Source: a virus (Duplodnaviria; Caudoviricetes). Taken from it: 53,301 bases of DNA. How positions within the stretch are numbered: the stretch's first letter is position 1; every line of letters begins with the position of its first letter. The translations under genes were made by a program, and so were the position numbers. Below, in pieces: positions 44,937 to 53,301 of the stretch. The notes under the pieces were generated by a model. It was not told where the DNA came from and ran no database searches. It saw nothing but the letters and a program-made list of their open reading frames with translations. The stretch covers positions 1-53,301 of the IMG/VR virus record IMGVR_UViG_3300032297_000671. The stretch is one strand, 5' to 3'.

Positions 44937-47258
44937 ATGGGTATTAAAGCTACAGATAAGAATAGGAATTTATTCCTGAAGGGTTTCAGATTATCCCAGT
45001 CTGGGATGAATGAGGATCCTACTTACCTCGGCTTTAAGGTTATATTTGATTTCGGAAACCTTCCTGTTAATCCTGATACTGGACTTCCCCCGAGTCCTCT
45101 TTTAAGAAGAGCCAATTACACTCTTGATAATGGTGCATCCATGATGACAAATAATCCATTTGGTCAACCACAATATGATTTGAGAGAAGGAGATGTAACT
45201 TTCTATTCAGCATATAATTTTTTAAAACAAAGGGAGGCTAATTTCGGTAGAAACAACACGGAGAAAAGAGCAAACGCTATTTTACAATTCCAAAAACTTC
45301 TACAAGAAATTAATACAAATTCTCCTTGGTTTTTTCAGTCCATAGAAGGACTTGATGAATTGGGAAAGATTTCTAGGGGTGGCTTCCAGAATTCTTCAGA
45401 ACTTGACACGTTCGATCCACAGAGAACCATCGATAAAACACTTACCTTCAATTGTTTGGAATCGATAAATCTTAGAATGAATGCTCTAGCTGATCTATAC
45501 CATCAGGCAGTTTTTGATGCTGATAATATGAGATGGTTGGTTCCAAGAAACTTAAGAAAATTCACTATGTGGATTTTCGTGACTGAGATTAGAAATTTCT
45601 TTAAAACAAGCCGTCTTGCAGCATCAAGCACTGCTCTTGCAGCTTTAGATGATCTTTCATCAACACTAACTAATAATAGAAACCCTGGTTCTAGTATAGT
45701 TACTAACACGGAAACCGGAAATTATTCGGTTGATGGATTTAATCTTGGTGGAAGCTACGGAGCAGATTCTAATAGTGGAAACGGAAGTTCCTTTACTAGC
45801 TTTGTCAGCAACGTATTTGATTCCTCAGGATTGCAAAACGAAGCACAAGCATTTAGAAACCAACAGGATCAAACTGGTATAAAACCAGTATTGATATACG
45901 AGTGCAGCCAATGTGAATTTGATTTTAGTGATAGTAGTTCAATAAAGAGCTCTATTGACAATGGATCAGGTAATGCTGACCCCGAAACTCAGTCTTTTAA
46001 AATCTATGTTGGTAAGGTTAGAACTAAGAACCAGTATCCAAATATTAGACAAGACGGTAAACCATTAATACTTGCTGATGGTTGGGATCAAGATAGATCA
46101 AGTGTTCAGAATCTTGATAGCGTCCTTGATATTGAAAGTGTACTTGGTGCAGGATCACAACTCCTTACTAACTTTGTTTCTTCTGCTGTTAGTGATCTTG
46201 TTAACGAGGGTATAAATCAATTCGTGAATCCATTGTTATCTGGAGTAAATCAGAGTCTTCTTGGAAACATATACAGTTTCAATCCGGTTCAATTAGGAAG
46301 AATGACAAACGAGAGAGGTAACTTCGGGTTTAATAACGCAGAAAACTTTCTCAATGGAGCAGCAGAAACCGGTATAGATAACATATTTAAAGGAAATCTA
46401 CCAACCCCGCAGAAAACTGGTCAAGGTGGTCCACCAGAAAGGGTTTATCCAGTGATACAAACTGATCCTGATGTTTATAAGAATGTTCCAGGATCTGATC
46501 TTGGTGTTCCCGGAAGGGTTTACCCAGCTCCATCCGGTGATGCCTACACAAATGTTCCAGGATCTGATCTAGGAGTTCCTAATAGAGTTTATTCAAACCC
46601 TTCGGGTGATGCATATTCTGATGTACCTGGTGCTGATCTTGGTGTACCTGACAGGGTTTATCCTGCTCCGGGTGGTGACGCTTATGCGGGTGTTCCTGGT
46701 GCGGATCTCGGTGTACCTGATAGGGCTTATCCTGCCCCAGGAGGCGATGTTTATGATAATGTTCCAGGATCTGATCTTGGTGTACCTGACAGGGTCTATC
46801 CCGTACCGGGAGGTGATGTATATGCTAATGTACCTGGATCAGATCTCGGAGTACCTGATCGAAACTACACACCAAATTTAAATGATGATGTCTATTCTGG
46901 TGTACCTGGACAAGATCTTGGTGTTCCTAACAGATCATATAGAACTATAGATGATGATGTTTATACTGATCAAATAATACCTGAAAAATTAGGTAGGGAG
47001 GATGTTTACAAAGATACATCACTAGTTTCATCAAATGGAGAGCTTAGATCTCCTGAAAATACTTTTACACAGCCTCCAGGAAGTGTATACGATCCGATCC
47101 AAAATCAACAACAAAGAGGAATACTAGGAAAGGTTTATCCACAAACCTCCGGAGATTTTATCATTGATGCACCAATAAATTTAGGCAACGCAAAACCGGC
47201 TGATAAATATAACATAAGTCTTGGAGATTTTAATCCTGAAGACTATCCAGAACAATAA
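44937..47258 (+). CDS. tail/baseplate structural protein (tube-like N-terminal domain) with C-terminal Pro/Gly repeats
   Basis: Baseplate context and 23-aa repeats. The tube-fold assignment is tentative. Confidence 0.5.
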   Translation: MGIKATDKNRNLFLKGFRLSQSGMNEDPTYLGFKVIFDFGNLPVNPDTGLPPSPLLRRANYTLDNGASMMTNNPFGQPQYDLREGDVTFYSAYNFLKQREANFGRNNTEKRANAILQFQKLLQEINTNSPWFFQSIEGLDELGKISRGGFQNSSELDTFDPQRTIDKTLTFNCLESINLRMNALADLYHQAVFDADNMRWLVPRNLRKFTMWIFVTEIRNFFKTSRLAASSTALAALDDLSSTLTNNRNPGSSIVTNTETGNYSVDGFNLGGSYGADSNSGNGSSFTSFVSNVFDSSGLQNEAQAFRNQQDQTGIKPVLIYECSQCEFDFSDSSSIKSSIDNGSGNADPETQSFKIYVGKVRTKNQYPNIRQDGKPLILADGWDQDRSSVQNLDSVLDIESVLGAGSQLLTNFVSSAVSDLVNEGINQFVNPLLSGVNQSLLGNIYSFNPVQLGRMTNERGNFGFNNAENFLNGAAETGIDNIFKGNLPTPQKTGQGGPPERVYPVIQTDPDVYKNVPGSDLGVPGRVYPAPSGDAYTNVPGSDLGVPNRVYSNPSGDAYSDVPGADLGVPDRVYPAPGGDAYAGVPGADLGVPDRAYPAPGGDVYDNVPGSDLGVPDRVYPVPGGDVYANVPGSDLGVPDRNYTPNLNDDVYSGVPGQDLGVPNRSYRTIDDDVYTDQIIPEKLGREDVYKDTSLVSSNGELRSPENTFTQPPGSVYDPIQNQQQRGILGKVYPQTSGDFIIDAPINLGNAKPADKYNISLGDFNPEDYPEQ
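46470..46964 (+). repeat. about 7 tandem ~69-bp (23-aa) repeats, consensus D(V/A)YxxVPGxDLGVPDRVYPAPGG
   Basis: Directly visible in both the protein and the DNA. Confidence 0.95.
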
Positions 47259-47263
47259 ACATT

Positions 47264-47932
47264 ATGTCATCACCAAGATTATACCTCGGAGAAATTGTAG
47301 ATATTAATGATCCTCTAAAACAAGGAAGGGCTAAGGTAAGGGTATTTGGTCTATTTGATACTATTGAACCTGAACACATTCCATGGGCTGATCAAATTAG
47401 CGGATTGTCTTTTGGTAAAAATGGTAGTGGTGGAATAACCGTACCTAGATTGGGAGCTGTTGTAGCTGTTGAATTTGATGGACAGAATTACTATAAAATG
47501 TCATACCACTATGAGAAAGAAAGTGCTCCTGATCTAATCGAGGAAATCACTGATTCTTATGAGGGAGCTCACTCATTAATATATGATGGTGATGCAGATC
47601 CGGGTCCTTTAAAATTATTTTATACTAAAAAGAAGGGATTTGTTTTTTCTCTAGGAGATGCCAAAGTACAACTCGATACACAGGATGGAGGACAACTAAG
47701 AGTTGTTATAGAAATGGGTGAGGATCAGATTAGAATGGAAAATAACAAGGTTATTATAAATTCTAACAACATAGAGCTTGGAGAAGCAGCAATAGAATCT
47801 GTAATAAAGGGGAATACATTCCAGACGTATTTTAATACACACACACATATAGGTAATTTAGGTGCTCCTACGAGTCCTCCTGTAATACCATCGGATCCAA
47901 CCCATTTGTCTAACGTATCAAAAACTAGGTAA
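47264..47932 (+). CDS. gp5: baseplate central spike (gp5/gpV/VgrG-like OB fold), no lysozyme domain
   Basis: YLGEIVDINDPLKQGRAKVRVFG, IPWA, VP.LG..V.VEF and a C-terminal HTH (His-x-His) metal-binding tip motif. GATAAATA lies upstream at 47202-47209. Confidence 0.82.
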   Translation: MSSPRLYLGEIVDINDPLKQGRAKVRVFGLFDTIEPEHIPWADQISGLSFGKNGSGGITVPRLGAVVAVEFDGQNYYKMSYHYEKESAPDLIEEITDSYEGAHSLIYDGDADPGPLKLFYTKKKGFVFSLGDAKVQLDTQDGGQLRVVIEMGEDQIRMENNKVIINSNNIELGEAAIESVIKGNTFQTYFNTHTHIGNLGAPTSPPVIPSDPTHLSNVSKTR

Positions 47933-47934
47933 GC

Positions 47935-50667
47935 ATGGCATCAATATTACCTGATAAAATATTATCGGATGCCCAGATTTCTAAGTTTGTCGACCGTGTT
48001 AATACGGGATCAAAAGAAATTATTAGCGACTCCAAATTCGAAATACCTGATCCAGCACTCCCTGGTATTGGTATGCTTATAAAACTACTCATAAGATCAT
48101 TCGAAAAAAGTATAGCATCATCTTTAGCCCCGATACTTATCGGTAAGAAAACACTCGAGGAGGGTGTAAGCGCTCTGGATGATTTTTTTGAGACTGTAAA
48201 AAAGATATTTACAAATCCTATACAGTTTGTTATTGATGAGGGAATAAATAGTGTTTTAAGAGAATTCCCATTTCCTATAGCTTTTAAAATTGGTTCTGTT
48301 GGTGGTGATGTTAATAAGCTTAAAGAACTAGTTGACAAGGCGGGGGATCCCAGATTGGGAGGTGAATTCCAATCTAGCTCTTTGACCTTTTATAATTACG
48401 ATTTGGTTTTTTCAGCCAGCGAGCCTCCTAAATCTGGAGAGATCACAACAGTTTCAGATTCTCTTTCTTCTATAAAGGAAGTTACAGTTAGCTACACTAC
48501 TAAAACGAATGAGCAAAACAAATCCCTAACAAATCTTAAAATCCAGGATAGAATTACTATATCTGATGGGAATGATTCTGCTGTATTCGTGATTACAGAA
48601 TTGTCTGATGGTATTGGTGAGAGAAAACTAATTTTAACAAAAGAATTTGATCAAAATGAATCACAAAAGGATATCTTCGTTCCTGGATTTTCTGGGATTG
48701 GTAACAGCTCATCCTTTTTATTAAGAGATTTTATAACTGAGGACGGGTCCATATTAATACCCTTATCTGTTTTAGGTATCAATTTACCCTTAATTTCATC
48801 ACTTAATCTCAGTCTAGGGAACTTTAATGTACTTCCTGATGATTCACCGACCAAAAAATATTTGGCTCAGCTAGGACAAGATTCTGGCCTTGATTTCAAC
48901 CAGGTTTTTTCTGGTATGATAACTGGAAAATTCCCAGCGGTTGATTTTTCTAAATTACAGAATGATCCTTCGGATGCCAAGGAGAAAGCTAAGGAGGATA
49001 TGATATCCTTTGCTAGACTCATGCAAATATCTATAGAAAATCCTTTTTTCCTTATAAAGATTGTTGGTAATTATTTTAGGCTTTTGCTTTTACCTATAAA
49101 CGTGCTTGTTGGTGTATTAAAAGGACTCGCTGAAAAAATAACTAGCCCGATAAAATTAATTAAAGCAATTATACAGGGAATAACAAATCCAATAAAACTG
49201 ATATGTGATCTTGTTTCTGAAGCATTCCTACAGTTTCTTGATCCTTACATTAGACCTGTAATAGAACCGATAATGCCTTATCAGGAAGCACTTGTCGATC
49301 CTAATGATAAAAACAGAGGAATAAAGCCGTTGTTTTCTGATTTGATTTGTGGTAAATTCAAAAAGGGACTTGCATCGTACGAACCTAACCAGGATTTTTT
49401 CAAAGAGCAGTCCAGATTGATAAGCTCTTCGTCCAGTGGTAAAAATACAGTTGATCTGCCATACTATATAATTACCGATGGTGCGATACCTGATGTTGGC
49501 CAAATATCTGTTGATAACGAGGATCTATCCCAGATTAGATCTATAAAAATATCGAATCTTACAAACACCGTTGAAAATTCTACCGGTGTGATAGCTGCAT
49601 CTCCTGTAAATTCAACAATATCACTTTCAGTTAATGAGTCATATTACACATACCGAATAAATTATAAATCCTTAATACAGAAAGAGAACACATCATATTT
49701 TGAACTCCTAGTTTCACCTACTGTAACTCTGGTACAGTCAAACAACGACTTGGTTAAATCGGGCAGTAATTCAGATGCTCTTAAAGCAGTTTTAACTGCA
49801 GATAACCCTAACAAGACACTTCTTTATATAATTGAAAAATATCTTCCAGTTAAGCTTGTCTCTGTCTGGGAATCTTTGAAGGGTATTATAGCAATCACTG
49901 CTTCTCTTGCCGCTGAAATACCTTCGCTTGTTCCTAGTGTCATAAAAAGCGTTTTGAGTGGAAATTCAAACGATAGCGAGATTGCCGAATCTGGTGCTAA
50001 TATTTCCGATGTATCGTTAGGTACAGAAAATTTACTTAGAATAATGTTTGAAGGTCAGAAGTCACTGTTGTATCTAGCTTCAAAGCCACCAGAATTATCT
50101 CCAATAACAAGTGAACAGCTGACTAGTTATAGAAACGAGGTAGCCGATATAATACAAAATAGTTCGACAAGCACCGAAGATGGTATAGAGACTCCATTCT
50201 TTGATATGTATGATATAAGCACATCCCAAGGAATTAACAACTATATCTCAAGAGATAATCTCTCCAATATAAGTGGTGGAATCACAGCGGATTCTACCCT
50301 TATTTTCAATCCGATTGATATTGTAGGTCCTTTGCTGGATAAAGAGGATTTCTACTACGGTCAATTGTCATTGAGAGACCTTGGTAAATCTGTAAAGGTT
50401 CTTTCTGTGATATCTGATTCATTAACTACATATTATTTTGATCAGATTGGTTCACCGAATGTGAGAGATAATAATATATCTGGAGTATACATAACTGAAA
50501 ATGGGCAGAGGGTCAATATATTTTCGGGTGATCTCGTAGAAGGAGTAGAGAGATTTAAGGTCAGTAAGGAATCCCTATCTGATATAAGGGAACCTAGAGA
50601 ATTCCGTGTATTTATAAATAGAGAGATTAATCTAATCTACAGATACCTTCTTCCTTCAGTAAAGTAG
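47935..50667 (+). CDS. large hypothetical structural protein with internal duplication
   Basis: Follows the spike gene. Amphipathic TNPI-containing helices and a beta-rich P..G.I......LS.I..(V/I).(V/I)S..T domain each occur twice. Confidence 0.6.
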   Translation: MASILPDKILSDAQISKFVDRVNTGSKEIISDSKFEIPDPALPGIGMLIKLLIRSFEKSIASSLAPILIGKKTLEEGVSALDDFFETVKKIFTNPIQFVIDEGINSVLREFPFPIAFKIGSVGGDVNKLKELVDKAGDPRLGGEFQSSSLTFYNYDLVFSASEPPKSGEITTVSDSLSSIKEVTVSYTTKTNEQNKSLTNLKIQDRITISDGNDSAVFVITELSDGIGERKLILTKEFDQNESQKDIFVPGFSGIGNSSSFLLRDFITEDGSILIPLSVLGINLPLISSLNLSLGNFNVLPDDSPTKKYLAQLGQDSGLDFNQVFSGMITGKFPAVDFSKLQNDPSDAKEKAKEDMISFARLMQISIENPFFLIKIVGNYFRLLLLPINVLVGVLKGLAEKITSPIKLIKAIIQGITNPIKLICDLVSEAFLQFLDPYIRPVIEPIMPYQEALVDPNDKNRGIKPLFSDLICGKFKKGLASYEPNQDFFKEQSRLISSSSSGKNTVDLPYYIITDGAIPDVGQISVDNEDLSQIRSIKISNLTNTVENSTGVIAASPVNSTISLSVNESYYTYRINYKSLIQKENTSYFELLVSPTVTLVQSNNDLVKSGSNSDALKAVLTADNPNKTLLYIIEKYLPVKLVSVWESLKGIIAITASLAAEIPSLVPSVIKSVLSGNSNDSEIAESGANISDVSLGTENLLRIMFEGQKSLLYLASKPPELSPITSEQLTSYRNEVADIIQNSSTSTEDGIETPFFDMYDISTSQGINNYISRDNLSNISGGITADSTLIFNPIDIVGPLLDKEDFYYGQLSLRDLGKSVKVLSVISDSLTTYYFDQIGSPNVRDNNISGVYITENGQRVNIFSGDLVEGVERFKVSKESLSDIREPREFRVFINREINLIYRYLLPSVK

Positions 50668-50689
50668 AATCAAGAAAGAAATTTCTTTC

Positions 50690-50697
50690 GATATATA
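50690..50697 (+). promoter_or_regulatory. putative late promoter GATATATA preceded by a 16-bp perfect palindrome
   Basis: GAAAGAAATTTCTTTC (50674-50689) directly abuts GATATATA. Confidence 0.62.
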
Positions 50698-50728
50698 CTA
50701 CAATTAACTTTTTTTAAACCAAAAATAA

Positions 50729-51895
50729 ATGAACAAGTCAGAAATTCCTACAGTAGGGTATGAAAACTTTGATTGGGATATTCCCAGTAAACTAACAGCG
50801 AACAAAAAAATTAAAACAATCGACGGATCTAAAGTTTTCTGTCACGAGCCTTATGCTGAGGAGCTTTATAGGCTAATGGCAGAATCTATCGAGAGTCTTA
50901 ATACTTCTAAAGATTTAAAAACAGGAATGGCTTACAATTGTAAGATCATTACACTTAATGATGATCATGCAATTGCTCAGACTGATTCTGGACAATCTGT
51001 TTATGTAGATCTTAACAAAGAAAGAAAGGATGCTAAGAGGCTAAATATCTCTGGTATCGAATTTAGAATTGGTGGTGAAATCCAGGCAATTGTAAGAAGC
51101 GTAATGGGAACATATTACGGATCTGTTGTTGAAGGATACATCGCAAACACTAAAGCAGAATTCTTTGAGCAAATCAAGAAAGAATCTTTAGCTTATGAGG
51201 CTAGAGTTGAGTCTATAAACAAGGGAGGATATTTGGTAGATGTTCAGGGGGTTAAATGCTTTTTACCTGGTTCTCTTGCTGCTGCCAATAAGATTACTGA
51301 TTTTGAATCATATATCGGTAAAAAATTCTATGTCATGATAGATGGATATGTTCAGCACAAGGATATATTCGTTGTTTCATACAAAAAATATCTTTCTAAG
51401 ATCATGGATCAGAAGATCCAAGAATTGGATCTAACGAAGAAATATACCGGCCACGTTACAGGTACTTCAAACTTCGGAGTATTCGTAGAATGGGAAGACA
51501 TCTACACTGGGCTTATTCACAAAACAGAGTTCGAAAATCAACAAATTACTGGATTTACAGCTGGTGATGAAATCGAATTCTACATCAAGGAAGTTAAGGA
51601 AGACAATAGATTAACTCTTACCCTTGGTGAACCAATCGAGAAAACTGTAAAAATCTATGATCTTAAAAAAGATGTAGATGAAGGTAATGCTCCTATTTTA
51701 AGAGCTACAGTCAAGCATAAGAGAAAAAATGGTGCATTGATCGAACTTCATGAGATTGGCCTGATGGCTATGATCCCACAAGGAAGATTGACACAAGCAC
51801 ATAAAAATCTTAAAACAGGTGATGTTATAGACGTTAAGGTCTATGAGGTTGATCCTGTGATGGGAAAAATTTTCGCACAACCTGAGAATGAATAA
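50729..51895 (+). CDS. rpsA: ribosomal protein S1-like protein (about four S1 domains)
   Basis: NKGGYLVDVQGVKCFLPGS (S1 domain 2-like), G.VTG...FGVFVE.....GLIH.TE and LKTGDVIDVKVYEVD. Confidence 0.8.
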   Translation: MNKSEIPTVGYENFDWDIPSKLTANKKIKTIDGSKVFCHEPYAEELYRLMAESIESLNTSKDLKTGMAYNCKIITLNDDHAIAQTDSGQSVYVDLNKERKDAKRLNISGIEFRIGGEIQAIVRSVMGTYYGSVVEGYIANTKAEFFEQIKKESLAYEARVESINKGGYLVDVQGVKCFLPGSLAAANKITDFESYIGKKFYVMIDGYVQHKDIFVVSYKKYLSKIMDQKIQELDLTKKYTGHVTGTSNFGVFVEWEDIYTGLIHKTEFENQQITGFTAGDEIEFYIKEVKEDNRLTLTLGEPIEKTVKIYDLKKDVDEGNAPILRATVKHKRKNGALIELHEIGLMAMIPQGRLTQAHKNLKTGDVIDVKVYEVDPVMGKIFAQPENE

Positions 51896-53282
51896 TAGCT
51901 TTTTTAATAAATCCAACGCTCTTGCCTCTTCCGTAATCGGATTTGAGTTCGAATTCTTTTCTGATATGACGAGAGGCAGGATCGTGGATTCTCTTTCTAA
52001 GCTATTAAACAAAAAGATTGTTCTGAGTAATAAATATCACTCAGATGTACCTGTATCTGCAAATACATTTAAACTTGAACCTGATTATTCAGGGGGAAGT
52101 AAAATGAATGAGCTTATTACTGGACCTATGCCTTATGTCGAGGCAATTCCAATTCTTATTAAAGTTTTAAGATGGATCGATGCAAACGGATGGACCACTG
52201 ACGAATGTGCTTTCCAATTCTCGATTAGCTTTGATAAAATGAATAGGGATATAAACAGGATGGAAGAATTGGATAGACTAAAATTCGTTCTTGGTATAGA
52301 TGAGGGATTAATCTACTCTAAATTTGGGAATAGAACAAATTCTGTTTATGCTAAATCTATAAAAAGGGTAGTTCCTAGAAATAGATTCGCAATGATAGAA
52401 AATCTAACTACGATAGATCCTAAATTATTTAGAATTCCTGATGAAAAATACTTTGGTGCTAATTTTACCAAAGTACCTGATGGGTATATCGAAATTAGGT
52501 ATTTAGGTGGTAGGGACTACCAGAAGAAAATATCTTCGATAAGGGAGGTTATAGATTATGTTGTTCTTTTACTCCATGACATTCTTACCGGAAAAAAACC
52601 TTATGACAAGAAGGATCTCGAAAAATTGAAAGAGATGATGAAGGATTATTCTAAAGTCGTTAGAAGCTTCTCTGACCCTGATTCTTTCTTTTTAAATTTT
52701 CCTGATTTCCATCTTCTTGTAGATCTTAAGGGGTATGAGGAAAATATTAAAACTTACTTCCCAATGATAAGAGAGAAGATATTCGATCTTATTGTGGAAG
52801 GTAATGTTAGATCTGGATTTTTTAATTATGATACCACTACAGGTAGATTCCAATTGAAAGATGCTAAATGTAAGCACTCTATATTCTTAAAGGATCTTGA
52901 CCTTATTGACTGTAAAATAAGAAACGCTAAGGTTATTAACTGTAAACTTTATGGATGTGAGGTAAAGAATTCTGAACTTCATGAATGTCAAATAGAGAAT
53001 GGTAATAAGATCTTTTCTGGAAAGATTAAGGATACATCAGCTTCCTACGGTAATCTAATAGAGGGATGTTATATAGATTGTCCTCGCCATATGATAGATT
53101 GTGAAGTCAAAGGTGGCGTAATAAGAAAAGCTGATTTGGGTGGAAACGCTGAAGTTAGCGAAGAGACTGAAAAAGTTAAAGACTTTAATGAAATAAGACA
53201 ATCTAGATTTATAACAGATTCTAGACTAAAAGACTTGAATAATCCGATGAGAAGGATTATTTTCAAAAATCAGAATTACTAA
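51888..53282 (+). CDS. putative amidoligase (COOH-NH2 ligase, Amidoligase_2-like) with C-terminal beta-helix-like repeats
   Basis: IGFEFEF, LEPDYS, ELITGP, KY..ANF and IEIRYLGG; the C-terminus has short repeats (IDCKI, INCKL, HECQI, EGCYI, IDCEV). Confidence 0.68.
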   Translation: MNNSFFNKSNALASSVIGFEFEFFSDMTRGRIVDSLSKLLNKKIVLSNKYHSDVPVSANTFKLEPDYSGGSKMNELITGPMPYVEAIPILIKVLRWIDANGWTTDECAFQFSISFDKMNRDINRMEELDRLKFVLGIDEGLIYSKFGNRTNSVYAKSIKRVVPRNRFAMIENLTTIDPKLFRIPDEKYFGANFTKVPDGYIEIRYLGGRDYQKKISSIREVIDYVVLLLHDILTGKKPYDKKDLEKLKEMMKDYSKVVRSFSDPDSFFLNFPDFHLLVDLKGYEENIKTYFPMIREKIFDLIVEGNVRSGFFNYDTTTGRFQLKDAKCKHSIFLKDLDLIDCKIRNAKVINCKLYGCEVKNSELHECQIENGNKIFSGKIKDTSASYGNLIEGCYIDCPRHMIDCEVKGGVIRKADLGGNAEVSEETEKVKDFNEIRQSRFITDSRLKDLNNPMRRIIFKNQNY

Positions 53283-53283
53283 T

Positions 53284-53301
53284 ATGACTCTAGAAGAATT
53301 A
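53284..53301 (+). CDS. start of next gene, truncated by the window edge
   Basis: ATG just after the upstream TAA (MTLEEL...). Confidence 0.4.

Noticed and set aside
46470-46964. 69-bp periodic repeats as a CRISPR array or DGR template/variable repeat
   Set aside because: They are in-frame coding repeats with third-position variation. No adenine-specific pattern, reverse transcriptase or cas gene is visible.
46-53266. Numerous short minus-strand and alternative-frame ORFs in the ORF track (e.g. 22902..23405, 28239..28778, 47925..48338)
   Set aside because: They are shadows of long + strand genes, with antisense-type composition and no leaders or promoter motifs.
1-53301. Stop-codon reassignment as seen in some large phages
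   Set aside because: Genes are full length in code 11, and TAA, TAG and TGA all end genes at sensible boundaries.
1-53301. tRNA, rRNA, introns or inteins
   Set aside because: Intergenic gaps are mostly too short and I saw no cloverleaf. Conserved enzymes are of normal length without intein-like insertions. A covariance-model scan was not run.

Overview
This is a 53.3-kb, AT-rich, densely coding segment of a large T4-superfamily-like (myovirus-type, probably jumbo) bacteriophage. All but one credible gene lie on the + strand and read in standard code 11. Head module: gp55-like late sigma, gp4, gp2, two tandem portal paralogs, a fused prohead protease-scaffold, the major capsid protein and many putative internal head proteins. 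Replication/repair genes: ATP DNA ligase, clamp-loader subunits, a 5'-3' exonuclease, a UvsE-like protein, a NEIL1-like glycosylase and a 3'-5' exonuclease. Metabolic/modification genes: HldE-type kinase, Gmk, an NMP kinase, AsnB-like, glycosyltransferase-like, NUDIX and an amidoligase. There is also a baseplate module and a ribosomal S1-like gene. A-rich leaders without Shine-Dalgarno sites and one TAnnTTTG element suggest a Bacteroidota host (inference). Signals read directly from the DNA: (1) two phage promoter classes, late GATA(T/A)ATA and ECF-like G(A/G)AAC-N17-NTA, the latter preceding the late sigma gene, which implies a sigma cascade; (2) promoters embedded in terminator/hairpin loops; (3) a probable -1 frameshift extending an 870-aa head protein; (4) a probable nested scaffold gene with its own promoter inside the protease gene; (5) a shared capsid-targeting-like N-terminal motif on about ten late proteins, including a Pol-beta nucleotidyltransferase that may be packaged and injected; (6) a duplicated portal; (7) a glycosylase closely resembling metazoan NEIL1 next to an apparently catalytically dead UvsE. 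All functional calls come from recognising motifs by eye; no database searches were run.
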